From IMG/VR virus record IMGVR_UViG_3300042197_001007: a DNA stretch of 64,000 nt; one strand, given 5' to 3'. A program made the position numbers and the translations under genes. Positions within the stretch are counted from its first letter, which is position 1. The number at the start of each line of letters is the position of its first letter. Below the pieces are notes generated by a model. The model saw only the letters and a list, made by a program, of their open reading frames with translations. It did not search any database and had not been told where the DNA came from. Shown here piece by piece: positions 34,734 to 46,200 of this stretch. The DNA is from a virus.

Positions 34734-35617
34734 CAGATGCTACCTGTATAATTTCCAAATTCACCAAATGGATTTTTTTCAGTCCAATTTATGATATTAT
34801 CAGCTTCGTCTTCAATTTCTCTATTTTGATCGTATTCGCTGTTTGTATTATTTAGAGTGTCAAATGATCCAAGAACCCATACAGCATTACTATCATCGCC
34901 AGTAATTGTTTCAGTCGCTACAAAAGTTCCTGTTCGATTGATGACCTGAAGAGTTCTGGTAGCAGCAGTCCAAGACTTAACTGTAGCTTCTGTATTGCTT
35001 GTTCCGCCAGTGACCAACTCACCCACAGTAAATGTTCCAGTACCACCTGTATTCATTACCAACGATATCGCAGAACTGAATAGTGTTTCTATCTCATCAA
35101 TATCAGCAATACCGGTATCAATGAGATCATTTCCAACCTCATAGATCTCAGCAGTTATAATCAGAAACTGAATTTTACCAAACTGATAGAATGGAGTTTC
35201 TCTTTCTACAAATTTGATTTCGTAGATATCCTTTGTGAGAGGGAAATACAAAAGATCTCCTTCGTTTGGTCTTCCAGGAACAGTGAGCGTTGGAGTGTAT
35301 TGTGCTTCCGCCTGGTCCCATCTTCTGGAAGAAACAATAAATTTTACTTCATCAGTAATACGAATGCCAAACTTACTGATGAATTCTGATTGAGCACCAA
35401 AACCTTCTACATTCTGTAGAAGCATCTCTACTTGAAATTGATCTTGATACTTAGAATAGATAACATCATCAAGTGTGTTATCTCTAAGAATAGTCCTCGG
35501 TAGATAATAGATATCTGTTCCGAACAGCTTGATCTGTTCGTCAGCAAGATCCTGTGCCAGGTTCTGTTCTCCTGGGTGACCTTGATAGTAGGTAGGAAAA
35601 TAAGGACTGGTAGGCAT
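34733..35617 (-). CDS. gp14: Neck protein
   Basis: EQIKLFGTDIYYLPR, RPNEGDLLYFP, C-terminal NPFGEF. Confidence 0.95.
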   Translation of the reverse strand: MPTSPYFPTYYQGHPGEQNLAQDLADEQIKLFGTDIYYLPRTILRDNTLDDVIYSKYQDQFQVEMLLQNVEGFGAQSEFISKFGIRITDEVKFIVSSRRWDQAEAQYTPTLTVPGRPNEGDLLYFPLTKDIYEIKFVERETPFYQFGKIQFLIITAEIYEVGNDLIDTGIADIDEIETLFSSAISLVMNTGGTGTFTVGELVTGGTSNTEATVKSWTAATRTLQVINRTGTFVATETITGDDSNAVWVLGSFDTLNNTNSEYDQNREIEDEADNIINWTEKNPFGEFGNYTGSI

Positions 35618-35618
35618 C

Positions 35619-36419
35619 TTATCCGATCATATCCATAGGTGGTTCGGCATACTTACTGAGGACTTCACTCTCTATCTTTTCAATTTCACCAATCGCATCC
35701 TCATACAACTGCCTACCATTTAATGTTAATCCACCAGGCAATTGAACATTATTGTATTTGATGAGGTTCTGCCCCCACTGCTTTTTCATAAGGGCAGTGG
35801 CATAACGCTTCACAAACATATCATTGTACATTTCAGTAGCATCATTTGGATTGACAAGACGGTGTGCTTCAATCAACAACCACTGACCTTCTTGTAGAAA
35901 ATCCTTATCCACATCAAGATACAAACGATCACGACGCATCGTGTATCTAAACTGTTGAAATGATCCATTGTTCAAAACCATATCCAGAGTTTCCAGATAT
36001 TGTTTTGTCATATAATAATTCAGAATGTCAAGTGATCCAAAAGCATAGAGGTCATTAAGGAAGATCTGATATTCAATACCAAATAAATTACTGCGAATGC
36101 TATTTCCAACCACTCCAAACACTCTGCTAACACCCACGACATGATCTGGAATTGGAATATAATTTGTTGCCTCTTCCCAATTTGTAGTTCCATTCGTGGT
36201 TGTAACTTCACCTTCCAATCTTGTCTTATCATCAGCATTAATTTCGTGTCTTAGGTAGCAACGCTCCATACCGTTATAGCAGTTCTCTTGGAAGAACTGA
36301 ATAGTATCATCAATAACGTTACTGACCTGCTCATCATCAATGTTAATCTGAAGGACAGGTTCACCAAGCTGCCTCTTACAGTATGTGATGAGTTCGGATC
36401 GTGAGCTTGGTTTTGCCAT
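35619..36419 (-). CDS. gp13: Neck protein
   Basis: YCKRQLGEPVLQINID, KKQWGQNLIKY..VQLPGGLTLNG. Confidence 0.96.
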   Translation of the reverse strand: MAKPSSRSELITYCKRQLGEPVLQINIDDEQVSNVIDDTIQFFQENCYNGMERCYLRHEINADDKTRLEGEVTTTNGTTNWEEATNYIPIPDHVVGVSRVFGVVGNSIRSNLFGIEYQIFLNDLYAFGSLDILNYYMTKQYLETLDMVLNNGSFQQFRYTMRRDRLYLDVDKDFLQEGQWLLIEAHRLVNPNDATEMYNDMFVKRYATALMKKQWGQNLIKYNNVQLPGGLTLNGRQLYEDAIGEIEKIESEVLSKYAEPPMDMIG

Positions 36420-36426
36420 TAGACAC

Positions 36427-36464
36427 AAAAAATCCCTTCATACCTATTTAGTAAGAAGGGATTT
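36427..36464 (-). terminator. Terminator after the 2OG oxygenase with the gp13 late promoter in its loop
   Basis: AAATCCCTTC...GAAGGGATTT stem plus T run; the loop carries TAAATA. Confidence 0.65.
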
Positions 36465-36467
36465 AAT

Positions 36468-36992
36468 CTAAATGTAGTTTGTATTTATTAAAACTCTTGA
36501 TTTATTTTTTGATGGAGAATGACCAGTATGAGGTATATCACCAGAAAAAACTAATAATCTATTTTCTACTGGTTCGACTTCTTGTAATACATTATCATTC
36601 AAATCATATAATAATGTATTACCATCACTATCATTTAAATAAAAAATAGTGGTAATATTATCAATTTCTTTTGGCAAATCTATATGAATTTCGTGTCTAT
36701 ATTTATTTGGATTATAAACAGTCATATCAATCCTAGATCTTAAAATTTGATTTTTATTCGTTTTTTCTTGTATTTGATATAAAAGACCTTTTAACAAAGT
36801 AGCGGGATAAGTATTTTGGAAATTTCCATGATCGCAAATTCCGATACTAAATCCAAAAGATTGAATATTTTCTTCAGTATTTCCATACGTCATTGATGGC
36901 ATATACGTCCACTGAGCATTTCCACCAATAAAATAATTTTGAATATCTCTCAGATAATTTTTTGATATTAAATTGTCATATACTTCAATCAT
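36468..36992 (-). CDS. 2OG-Fe(II) oxygenase superfamily protein
   Basis: HxD (HID), TTIFYLNDSDGNT, distal His (PHTGHSP), 2OG-binding Arg (RVLIN). Confidence 0.88.
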   Translation of the reverse strand: MIEVYDNLISKNYLRDIQNYFIGGNAQWTYMPSMTYGNTEENIQSFGFSIGICDHGNFQNTYPATLLKGLLYQIQEKTNKNQILRSRIDMTVYNPNKYRHEIHIDLPKEIDNITTIFYLNDSDGNTLLYDLNDNVLQEVEPVENRLLVFSGDIPHTGHSPSKNKSRVLINTNYI

Positions 36993-37180
36993 TACGAAGG
37001 TTCAGAGGCAGTTTCTTCTTCTGCTGCTGGTTCTTCTAGGAGACTTAGAGTTTCTAGACCACCTTGTAACTTAAGCTTGTATTCTTTTGCTTTAGTGAGG
37101 TTTTCTTCTAGTTCAGCAATTTGCTTATCAGTAGTAGCAATTTGCTCTTCGAAATTTTTCTTTAGTGCTGCGGGATCCAT
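36992..37180 (-). CDS. Small coiled-coil protein
   Basis: Heptad-like LKKNFEEQIATTDKQIAELEENL; ATAAATA at 37209-37215. Confidence 0.8.
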   Translation of the reverse strand: MDPAALKKNFEEQIATTDKQIAELEENLTKAKEYKLKLQGGLETLSLLEEPAAEEETASEPS

Positions 37181-37221
37181 AGTTATCACAAGTAATGGTG
37201 TGTACGATTATTTATTATACC

Positions 37222-37590
37222 TCAATTTGGATGATGTAATGCTATAGCATTTTTAATATAATTCAAAGATCTGATTTTAAAAATCGTATCCTCATCTTCC
37301 CCACCATAAACAATATCTTCTGTTGTTGTATATTCTTCCAAATCAATTTCTTTGTTATGTAATTTGTTGGCAATTTCTAAAAATATTGCTGCTTTTTCGG
37401 AAACAAATTCATTCTCTTGATTGACTAGTTTTTCGATATTTTGTATGTATTTTACATATGTTTTTACAGCACCATTACGACGACTTACAATTTCGTTATA
37501 TTCATCCTCTGTAATATCAATATTATACTTACCTTTTCTGTAATTAATAATTAAATTAAATTCTTCTTCTGTGAGATCTATATTAATCAT
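37222..37590 (-). CDS. AT-rich hypothetical protein, 122 aa
   Basis: ATGA overlap with the upstream gene; internal repeat NIDLTEEEF/NIDITEDEY. Confidence 0.7.
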   Translation of the reverse strand: MINIDLTEEEFNLIINYRKGKYNIDITEDEYNEIVSRRNGAVKTYVKYIQNIEKLVNQENEFVSEKAAIFLEIANKLHNKEIDLEEYTTTEDIVYGGEDEDTIFKIRSLNYIKNAIALHHPN

Positions 37591-38567
37591 CTTACATACA
37601 CCTCTACTCTAGCGGATCTATTGAAACCAGTTACGTTTTGACAGCATCCAATAAAATCACCAGCAGAATAATTAACCTGACCTTGCTGTGTACCAGTCAT
37701 ACCAATACCGCCAGCAACGTCATCACTTCCTTGGTTTCCATTTGGCCAAAGACCGCCTCCATTTTCGTTCCAACCAAATCCCCAACGAACTCTTGCTAAG
37801 TTTTGATCATTGGAATAATTAAATCCATAAAATCTAACGTCTGTTTGTCTTGAAAATTGACCAATACCACAGAAGTTATTAGCATCACGAATAAAATATT
37901 CATTAGCAGTATTAAAGAGACTTGTTAATGTAATTCTGGTTCCACTTTGCCAAAAATTATTTTCTAACCAAATGTGACCTCTGCTTGTATTAAAACATCC
38001 AGAGTTAGCACCAAGGTCTGGCCAAACTGCTAATAGATCTTTAGCAGCAAATCTATTAAATGTTTCAAATTTGGCGTCTCCATCTGAGGTATTATAAGCA
38101 GTTTCATTTAAAGTATTAGTGCTTGTCCAATAACTAGATCCAAAACTAAAAGTAGTTCCTCTAGTTGCTTTCATTGCCATCATCCATCCACCACCATCAA
38201 ATCCACTATCCATAATACAATAAATTTGTTTTGGACCGACAGTAGGTAAGTTAATCCAGTAAATACCATCTGTAGCACTTGGTTTTACTGTTTTTATTGC
38301 TGCTGCCGAATCTGCTGCTAAAGCTGATGTGGATCCATCTTTAACAGCCGCTGCGCCGCTAGTAGCTATAGGAGCTAAATCTGCTCCAGCGGATTGCCAT
38401 TTGTATCCATTATCGGGATTTCCAAAATAAATTTGAACCTCCTGAATAGTTGAATTAAAAATCAGCATTCCCGCTTCTGGAGTTAAAGCATCTCTCTGTG
38501 CTGTGGTAAAAACTGGTAATCTTAATCTTTCCGTTGAGACTAAAGATGATACATTTATTCTAGACAT
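37587..38567 (-). CDS. Fibre-tip/adhesin protein with fibrinogen-C-like domain
   Basis: DGIYWINL...IYCIMD...GGGWMM is a FReD-type motif; N-terminal LRLPVFTTAQR module. Confidence 0.75.
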   Translation of the reverse strand: MSRINVSSLVSTERLRLPVFTTAQRDALTPEAGMLIFNSTIQEVQIYFGNPDNGYKWQSAGADLAPIATSGAAAVKDGSTSALAADSAAAIKTVKPSATDGIYWINLPTVGPKQIYCIMDSGFDGGGWMMAMKATRGTTFSFGSSYWTSTNTLNETAYNTSDGDAKFETFNRFAAKDLLAVWPDLGANSGCFNTSRGHIWLENNFWQSGTRITLTSLFNTANEYFIRDANNFCGIGQFSRQTDVRFYGFNYSNDQNLARVRWGFGWNENGGGLWPNGNQGSDDVAGGIGMTGTQQGQVNYSAGDFIGCCQNVTGFNRSARVEVYVR

Positions 38568-38580
38568 ATCTATTAAATTC

Positions 38581-39336
38581 CTACACCTTATTTAATCTTA
38601 AACGATACATAGCCCACCCACCTCTTGATCCAGTATTTGGATAAGCAACAGGAGATGACTGGTTATCAACACCTTTGATCATATACCACTGATAACCATA
38701 ATTATTTGGATTAAATGTTCTAGTGTAAACCGTACAATCACTACTTCCTCCACCAGATCCACCAAAATGTGCTCTTCCTAGATGTGTCCAATTACTTTCT
38801 GTGGTGTAATTTGCTGCTGTAATAGCATTATTACTTCCAAAAAAGTCTACGTTACCAATAGCATTAATATGAGTTTGCCAATTAATCTGATTTAATACCT
38901 TTCCTTTTGTATCTGTAGTAACTTGGATAGCATGATACATTGGCCACCACGCTGGAACTTGGTGACCAGAGTGATAACAGAATTGATTACCACCAGGACA
39001 ACCAGAAGAATATGATAGTTTTGTTGCTCCTTGGTTTGCTCCTTGGTTATCTGTATTTAAAGTATACTGAAGCATACTATTATTAGTAAATCCCGTTATA
39101 TTACTTCCATCAGCACCCTGAGAAATAGACCATCCTTTTCCTCCACCTGTATCTGCTGGAGTTTGCTGAACTGTTTGCCAAGCAGTTCCAGTATAGACTT
39201 CAATGTTTCCTATAGTAGAATTATAGATTAATAACCCTGCTACTGGAGAAGATAGAGCACTTCTTTGAGCTGTTGTGTAAACAGGTAATTTTAATCTATC
39301 TGTAATATTAATGATTTCAGCGTTTATAGTAGACAT
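38581..39336 (-). CDS. Fibre-tip/adhesin protein with discoidin/galactose-binding-like C-terminus (tentative)
   Basis: Same N-terminal LKLPVYTTAQR module; C-terminal beta domain with FFGSNN...NWTHL...YQWYMIK. Confidence 0.65.
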   Translation of the reverse strand: MSTINAEIINITDRLKLPVYTTAQRSALSSPVAGLLIYNSTIGNIEVYTGTAWQTVQQTPADTGGGKGWSISQGADGSNITGFTNNSMLQYTLNTDNQGANQGATKLSYSSGCPGGNQFCYHSGHQVPAWWPMYHAIQVTTDTKGKVLNQINWQTHINAIGNVDFFGSNNAITAANYTTESNWTHLGRAHFGGSGGGSSDCTVYTRTFNPNNYGYQWYMIKGVDNQSSPVAYPNTGSRGGWAMYRLRLNKV

Positions 39337-39344
39337 AATAGCAA

Positions 39345-40202
39345 TCAGTTAGTAGCAAATTTTGTTTTTAGAGAAGTATAATTTGATTGTACTTCAGTAT
39401 CAGTTAAGCGACGATTATAAACAGCAAAAAATTTAATATCTCCCCACCATTGAGAAGCATTATTTACATCGGTATTTCCATTATGATAAGCACCAATAGA
39501 TCCAAAACCTCTATTATATCTAGCGCTAGAATTATTAATTGTCCCTCTTTGTACACCATTTACATTGAGATCATATGTTGGAGAATCGCTTGTAGCGTTC
39601 CATCTCCAACACAGTACATCAAATGTATTGGTAGAATATCCTGGCAAGGATTGCTGAGAATAACCAGTGCCGATAAACCCAGCACCATCATTATCGTACA
39701 TGCCAATATTCCAACCACCAGACTGAATAATTACATGGTGATCACTAGAATATGATCTAGTTAATGTTCTCCATTCTGCTGTACTATTTTTAACTCTAGT
39801 TACAGCAACATAGGTAACATCACCAGATAATGAAATATCACTACTATTTTTAGCACAACCGTAACTTCCATTAAAATCAAAATATTTTCCACTAGAATTA
39901 TAAGCAGTGGAATTAACATTAAAGTTATTACCAGCACCACTCAGGTCATACCATACTCCTCCAGATCCTGGATATGAAGTGGCCTCACTAGCATCTAGTC
40001 TTAGAATTAAATTACTCGTAACAGCAAGACCACCTTTAGTGTCACCTATCCAATACCATTGAGTTCCATCAAAATACTTTAAACGTCCATTTACATACAC
40101 CAATTCCCCAATAGTACCATCTCCTGGGTCATTATCCAAAACAGGAATGACAAGACCAGAAGAAGGATTTATATTACCAGCTGTTAATTTTGAAGTTGCC
40201 AT
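39345..40202 (-). CDS. Fibre-tip/adhesin protein with LamG/ConA-like domain
   Basis: NLILRLDAS...SYPGSG.VWYDLSG.GN...WGDIKFFAVYNRRLT..EVQSNY. Confidence 0.8.
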   Translation of the reverse strand: MATSKLTAGNINPSSGLVIPVLDNDPGDGTIGELVYVNGRLKYFDGTQWYWIGDTKGGLAVTSNLILRLDASEATSYPGSGGVWYDLSGAGNNFNVNSTAYNSSGKYFDFNGSYGCAKNSSDISLSGDVTYVAVTRVKNSTAEWRTLTRSYSSDHHVIIQSGGWNIGMYDNDGAGFIGTGYSQQSLPGYSTNTFDVLCWRWNATSDSPTYDLNVNGVQRGTINNSSARYNRGFGSIGAYHNGNTDVNNASQWWGDIKFFAVYNRRLTDTEVQSNYTSLKTKFATN

Positions 40203-40211
40203 ATTTATTCT

Positions 40212-43200
40212 TTATACTATATTCCAAGTACCACCAGTTTGAACTGTCACTGTAACTCCACTATTTATAACTATAGACCCAGATGATAAAGTGTTTGCTC
40301 CATTTGGAATAGTAACATTTTCCGAAACATTATTTCTATTTGATTTAAATATACCAAAACTGTCTAACCATTGTCTATCGCCATTAGCATAAAGAACAGA
40401 ATTATTTACTCCACTACTGAAGTTTGTTCCCTGAATATTTAAACCATTATTTCCAGATCCACCAACTTGTAAAGTCCAAGTAGGATCAGCAACACCAATT
40501 CCAACACGAGACAATCTATGAATGTCTGTTCCATTTGTGGATTGAGTCCATCTCGAAGTAACGAATGGTAGATTATTTTGATAAACAGTACCATTGATAT
40601 TAATGTTACCTTGGACATTAAGTTGGTAATTTACAGTAGCGCCTGTAGCAGTGCTGCTAAATGTAGTTGTACCAAGACCAACTCTACTTGTAGAACCCTG
40701 AATTGCTAACGCTGGAGTTGTTGCCCATGTTGACCCACCAGCAGCAGTAGAAGGTGTAATCTCAAAAATATCATTACCAACTAACTGGTTACCAATTCTA
40801 AAGTTTCTAAAACCAGAAGAACCAAGGAACAACATAGATGCTCCAGAGTTATCAGAAGCATCACGGATTTCTAATGAAGTTGAAAACCTACCTTTTCCAG
40901 AAACATCTAGATTGTATCCAGTAGAAGGAGTTTTACGAATGCCAACTTCTCCAGTTTGAATTAATCTTAGTGATTCATTATTTTGAGTTCCCAAAGCAAG
41001 TCCATATTCAGAACCTTCTGGGTTAAACTCAATATAAGCTTGATCTGTTACATCAATTCTTTGTTGAATTCTAGTTGAAGCAGATCTCCAATCTGTGAAA
41101 GTTGTATTGAACTTTCTATTATAGATCAATAATCTACTGTAATTTGATACTGCTGCTTCAAATGAAGCAAGATACAATTTGCTTTCATCTGTAGAACCAA
41201 GAGTTCCACCATATACCTGAAGTTTGCTATTTGTGGATGCTGCTGTGCTTGGCACCAATCCAATACCAACAAGATTATCTGTAGATTGTACATATAATGT
41301 GTTTGTATCTACTATAAGATTGGCAGTTAATGTAGTATTACCAGTAACTCCAAGAGTTCCAGAAACACTTAGGTTACTTCCAGCACCAGTTAGGGTTAGC
41401 GAACCAGTCATAGTGTCGCCAGCTTTCAGAACGTTTGCTGAAGCAGCACCAGTTAGATTTGCTGTGATTGTTCCAGCAGCAAAGTTACCAGAAGCATCAC
41501 GAATAACAGCAGTTGAAACAACATTTGTGCTGTTGAATGTTACGTTACCAGCGTTCCAGATTGTATTGCCATTTAGAGTAAATCCATTAGCATTTACTAC
41601 CTTGACATCCAGAGTACCGCTGGAAGTTGATCCATTACCACCAGTAGCTACGATAGCAGCATTATAGGTAGCAGCAAGTGTTGATGAGTTGAAGTATAGT
41701 CCAGGTGAAGATGCCTGACCATCTTTTCTACCAAGTCTTAGATTGGCAGTTCCACCATCGCTCTCAAGAGTAGCAGCAACGAATGATCCATCTGGAATAC
41801 CATCAGCATTAGAATCTAATGTAGCAATACTAAAGTCTCTAAATGCTTTTTTGTTTGATGTAATACCAATACTAGTTGCGCCAATAAAATTACCAGTTGT
41901 TAAAGTACCAGTAATAATTGTATAGTTATTAAAAGGATCATTCGTATCATTATTTACAGTAACATCTGTAATTGAAATAACACCAGTTCCCTGATCTAGA
42001 GAATTGTAAAGATTAACTGTCAATCCAGGTAGGAAAGGTGATGCCGTTAAAGTTTCATCTGGAATATAAATTCTATATCTTGGTTGTCCAGTAAATGATA
42101 AAACTCTTACTGTGTCTTGAAAATCTTTTCTGGTTTGATACGATGGCAAACGATTATCACTTAAAGTTCCAAAATTCATATTGATGGCATTCTGGAACCA
42201 AGTGCCTTGACGATTATCAAGTCTATCGGCATCAAGACCAGTACCAGGACCATCATTTAGAGAAGTCCAAACCTTAGCCCAAGAACCAAATGTATCAACC
42301 GCAGTTCCAGAACCACGTAACCACATGTTATCGTTGTCTGTAAATGCTAATTGTTTTACACCACCATCTACAGTAAATCCAGATCCGCCAGGTCTGATAG
42401 AAAGAACAATATTTTTTGTACCACCATCAGACAAACCATTGGCAGAATTATTTCTTGTATCAGCAACAATACCAACAGAGAAAGCATTTGGGGAAGGATT
42501 TGATGTTGGGTTTGTTGTATTTGAAAGAAGACGAATTGTATTACCAGACTGACCAGAAATACTAATGTTATATGTTCCAGATAGTCTATCTACAGATACT
42601 GTACCAGAGTTTAAGTTTGAAGCATTTAGATAGTAAGAACCTTGTGCTCCATCAAGAAGGTCAGCATCAAGACCACTATCAGCACCTGTCTTGAGAACAA
42701 TAGAACCATTACCAGATTGACCAATCAGGAATTGAGATTTTTTAAATCTGGCAACACCAATTGTACCAAATTCATCTGCTGAAATTGTAAGATCAGTTAC
42801 TCTCTGAATATCAAGAGATGTATTGGCATATTGTCTGCTAACAGTATTAATTTTAGCAGCAAGAACAAGTCCAGATCCACCGCCAATTTCTGCTGGAGCT
42901 GATGAAACGTTAAAGTCTGCTGTATATCCTGTTCCAGAACTTGTAACAGTTACTTCTGTTACTGCTCCATTGGTAACAATAATATTGGATCTTAGTCCAG
43001 TTCCAGATCCACCAGATAGTGGAACATCAAAATATTGTCCATTTGTAAATCCACTTCCTCCGCTAGCAATTACAACGTTATCAACAAATCCTCCCTGTGT
43101 AAATGATGATTCAAATACAAGAGGAGAGGCACCTCTTCTAAATTCAATAATTGTTCCAGCAGCAAGAGTTGATGTTAAAGGATTATTCAGTGCTACTGTT

Positions 43201-46200
43201 GTAATACCAGCAGAAGTAACAACACCAGAAATGTTGGTATTTGCTTGAATTCCTGTAATATTATTGACTACTTCGTGACCAACTAATGTATTAGAGTTAG
43301 TAGTAAACAGTAGTTGCGAAGATCCACTGTTTGCCTGCGAGAATAATTTAGCGAAATATCTACTCTCTGCTCCCTTAATTGATTGGACAACTGGAGCATA
43401 TGCTTGATCTCCTCGAAGGAATGTGAAGGAGTTAGCAGCGTCTGAGTTATTTGCTAATCTTGATGTGGCAATAACACCAGACGTAATATCAGAAGCAGCA
43501 ATCTGGTTAGTGGAAAGAGATACCCAATTGTTATTATTTGAAGCAGAAGTATTTACAACTCTATTGATGTTAATAGTTTCTGCTGGGATGTCACTTGACT
43601 GAATTGTGTCGGTTTCAGTTATCTTAATGTTATTAACAATATTTCCATACAATCTGCTTTCAATTAAAGCAACACCAGTTGCTTGTGTTCCAGCACCAGA
43701 TGGAGCAGAAAATGTCACTGTTGGTGGAGTTGTGTATCCTTTACCACCTCTAAATCCATTAAAGATTTGAATTGTAACAGTAACAACTTGACCATTAGCA
43801 ATTGTACATGTTGCTGATGCTGGTACAGAACCTGCCTGTGGAGTTCCTCCAGTAATTGTAATTACTGGAGCAGATGTGTATCCAGATCCTGGATCTGTAA
43901 TATTAATCTGATAAACTACACCTTGACGATATTCTGTTGCTTGAATTTTACCACCAGAAATACTACCAGTAAATACATCATTAGCAGTGAATTGTAGAGT
44001 TGGATCCACATTGAATGAAACAAATAAACTCGCATTGTCATTATTCAGAATGTATGAAGCAGATGTATCTTGTTGAATAGCAATATCTCCAGCAAGAGCA
44101 CCTTCAATCGCAAGACGAGCTGCCTGATCCGCAACAGTAAAGACACTGAATGGTCTGAGTGGTGGGATCTGATCAATAGAGATCTTACCACTGTCCGTAA
44201 GTTCTACAAGCGCCCTAGGAACAGCGTTTGTGGAGTATGGTTTATTGATGTATGGACCGAGGTTATTTGTGATATAGTCCCTAACTGCTTTCTGAGTTGG
44301 CAGTTTGGAGTCGGTTGAGTTAGCACCGCCAAGAGTATTAGAAGCGTCAAATCCAGTAACAACAACGTCTCCACCTTTCAGTTTGAGGAATTCAACTTCT
44401 GAGATGGTAACCGTACCAGTAAAGGTAATATTACCAGTTCTGTTTTCAATTCTTGCGAATGTACCAACCTTAAAGTCTCCAAGTTCATCAGTACCAGAAA
44501 CATATGTTCTACCATAGTTTTCGGAAACTTGTTCATATGCCTCAATTTTGACACCGCCATTTTCTGGTAGAGCATTATAGTTTGTACCAGATCCAGCAAA
44601 TTCCCAAGTGTGTGATGATGAATTGACAATAGATGGACGACGCAATCTAATTGTTTTACCAGTCAAAGTAGAATTAGAAACTGCTTGTCCAGTAGCAATT
44701 GACTTAAATTCTGCTGGACCACCAGATCCTGATTCAATTGTTACTTGAGCAGAGAAAGGAGGTCCAACTGTTACTGCTCCAACTGTATCAATATAATACT
44801 CAATTTCTGGATTTACGTTTTCATATCCATCAATTTTGACAACATAGTGCTCAAGTGGTTCTCTTCCAAGACCATCAATAGTGAAGATAGTTCTTCCAGT
44901 TGGAGTAGAAGAAACATTGGTAATTGTTCCAACGTCAAAAGAATAAGCAAAACTATTGTATCCAGTTGCTCTCAAAGCAAAGATACCAAAGTTGGTAGCA
45001 GAGTTTGTAATAGAAGCATATCCACCACTTTCTGCTAACACACCATCAGTACAGAAAATAACGAATACAGAAACTAACTGTACATAACCATCATTGATAA
45101 TTCTGTATCCAGTTCCACCAAATGAAACAATGGTGAAAGCAGCAGCAACCATTGACTTACCCTGATTTGGGAAAGTAGCAGAACCATCAAGTTCTAGACC
45201 AGGGAATGGGCAGTTTGGTTGTTTGACTTTAGATCCATCAATAAGAGCACCGCCTCCACCTAAGAATGAGATTACCGATGCGTTTTGTGTATATGGAGAA
45301 GCTTCAATAATTGGATAATCATCATAATCTGAACGTGGAGTATAAATTACACCATCTGCGTCATAAATTGTACTATCTGGATAAGTTACAATTCCAACTG
45401 TACTATACAAAGTACCAAAGTTTTTAGTCGTTGCTCCAGGAGCAATAGTACCATCTAAAATATCTTCTAGAAGTGTAAATGAAGTTGTGATTGAAGAAGC
45501 AACGTTAGCACAAAGAGGACTTTCTGATGACAGTAGGATATTCCAATCTTCATATTTTGGTATTGGTGAAGTTAGAGCAGATGTAACTGGGTTGTAGATA
45601 ATAATAGTTCCATTTGCTAGGGCACTTACAAATGTGTGAGTTGCTCCAGATGCTGTTCCAGCATCTCCAACATTAACTGTAACAGTGGTATTTCCACCAG
45701 CAGTTGATACATTGGTGATTGTTAAACTCTTACCATAGTTACGATCTGTTGGTGTTGGACTTGCTAGATTTCCACCACTACCAGAAGTACAACTGAATGT
45801 TAATGCTCCTTCTTTAAAGGCAAGTCTATGGGCAGTTGTAACTGGAGTTGTTGGGTTTGGGAAAGTAACTGTTAGAACACCAGTTGTTGCGTTGTATGTA
45901 GCACCAGTTGGAGTTCTTGTTGCTACTGTACCACCACTCCAGTTACGAATTGCCTGAATGGTTAAATCTCTTACTTGATTGAAAGCATAGATTGTTTCAT
46001 CTCTTTGTGCTTCTGGAATTCCAGTAAGTACTGTGTTTGTAAAATATGATTCGGCAGCAGTAACAATACCAGCATTTCCACCAAGAACGAGATCTCTTAA
46101 CAAACCATCAATGATATAGTTAATGTCTCTACGGCACTTGCTTTCGTTTAGATTTGATAAACCAAGTGATGGATATTGTGTTTTAGTTGCTAGATATGCT

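Noticed and set aside
37587-40202. Diversity-generating retroelement or invertible tip switch
   Set aside because: No reverse transcriptase, recombinase, template/variable repeat pair or flanking inverted repeats; shared anchors are diverged at many non-adenine positions.
40202-40208. ATAAATA late promoter for the LamG-like gene
   Set aside because: It overlaps the start codon, so transcription would begin inside the CDS; probably AT-rich coincidence.
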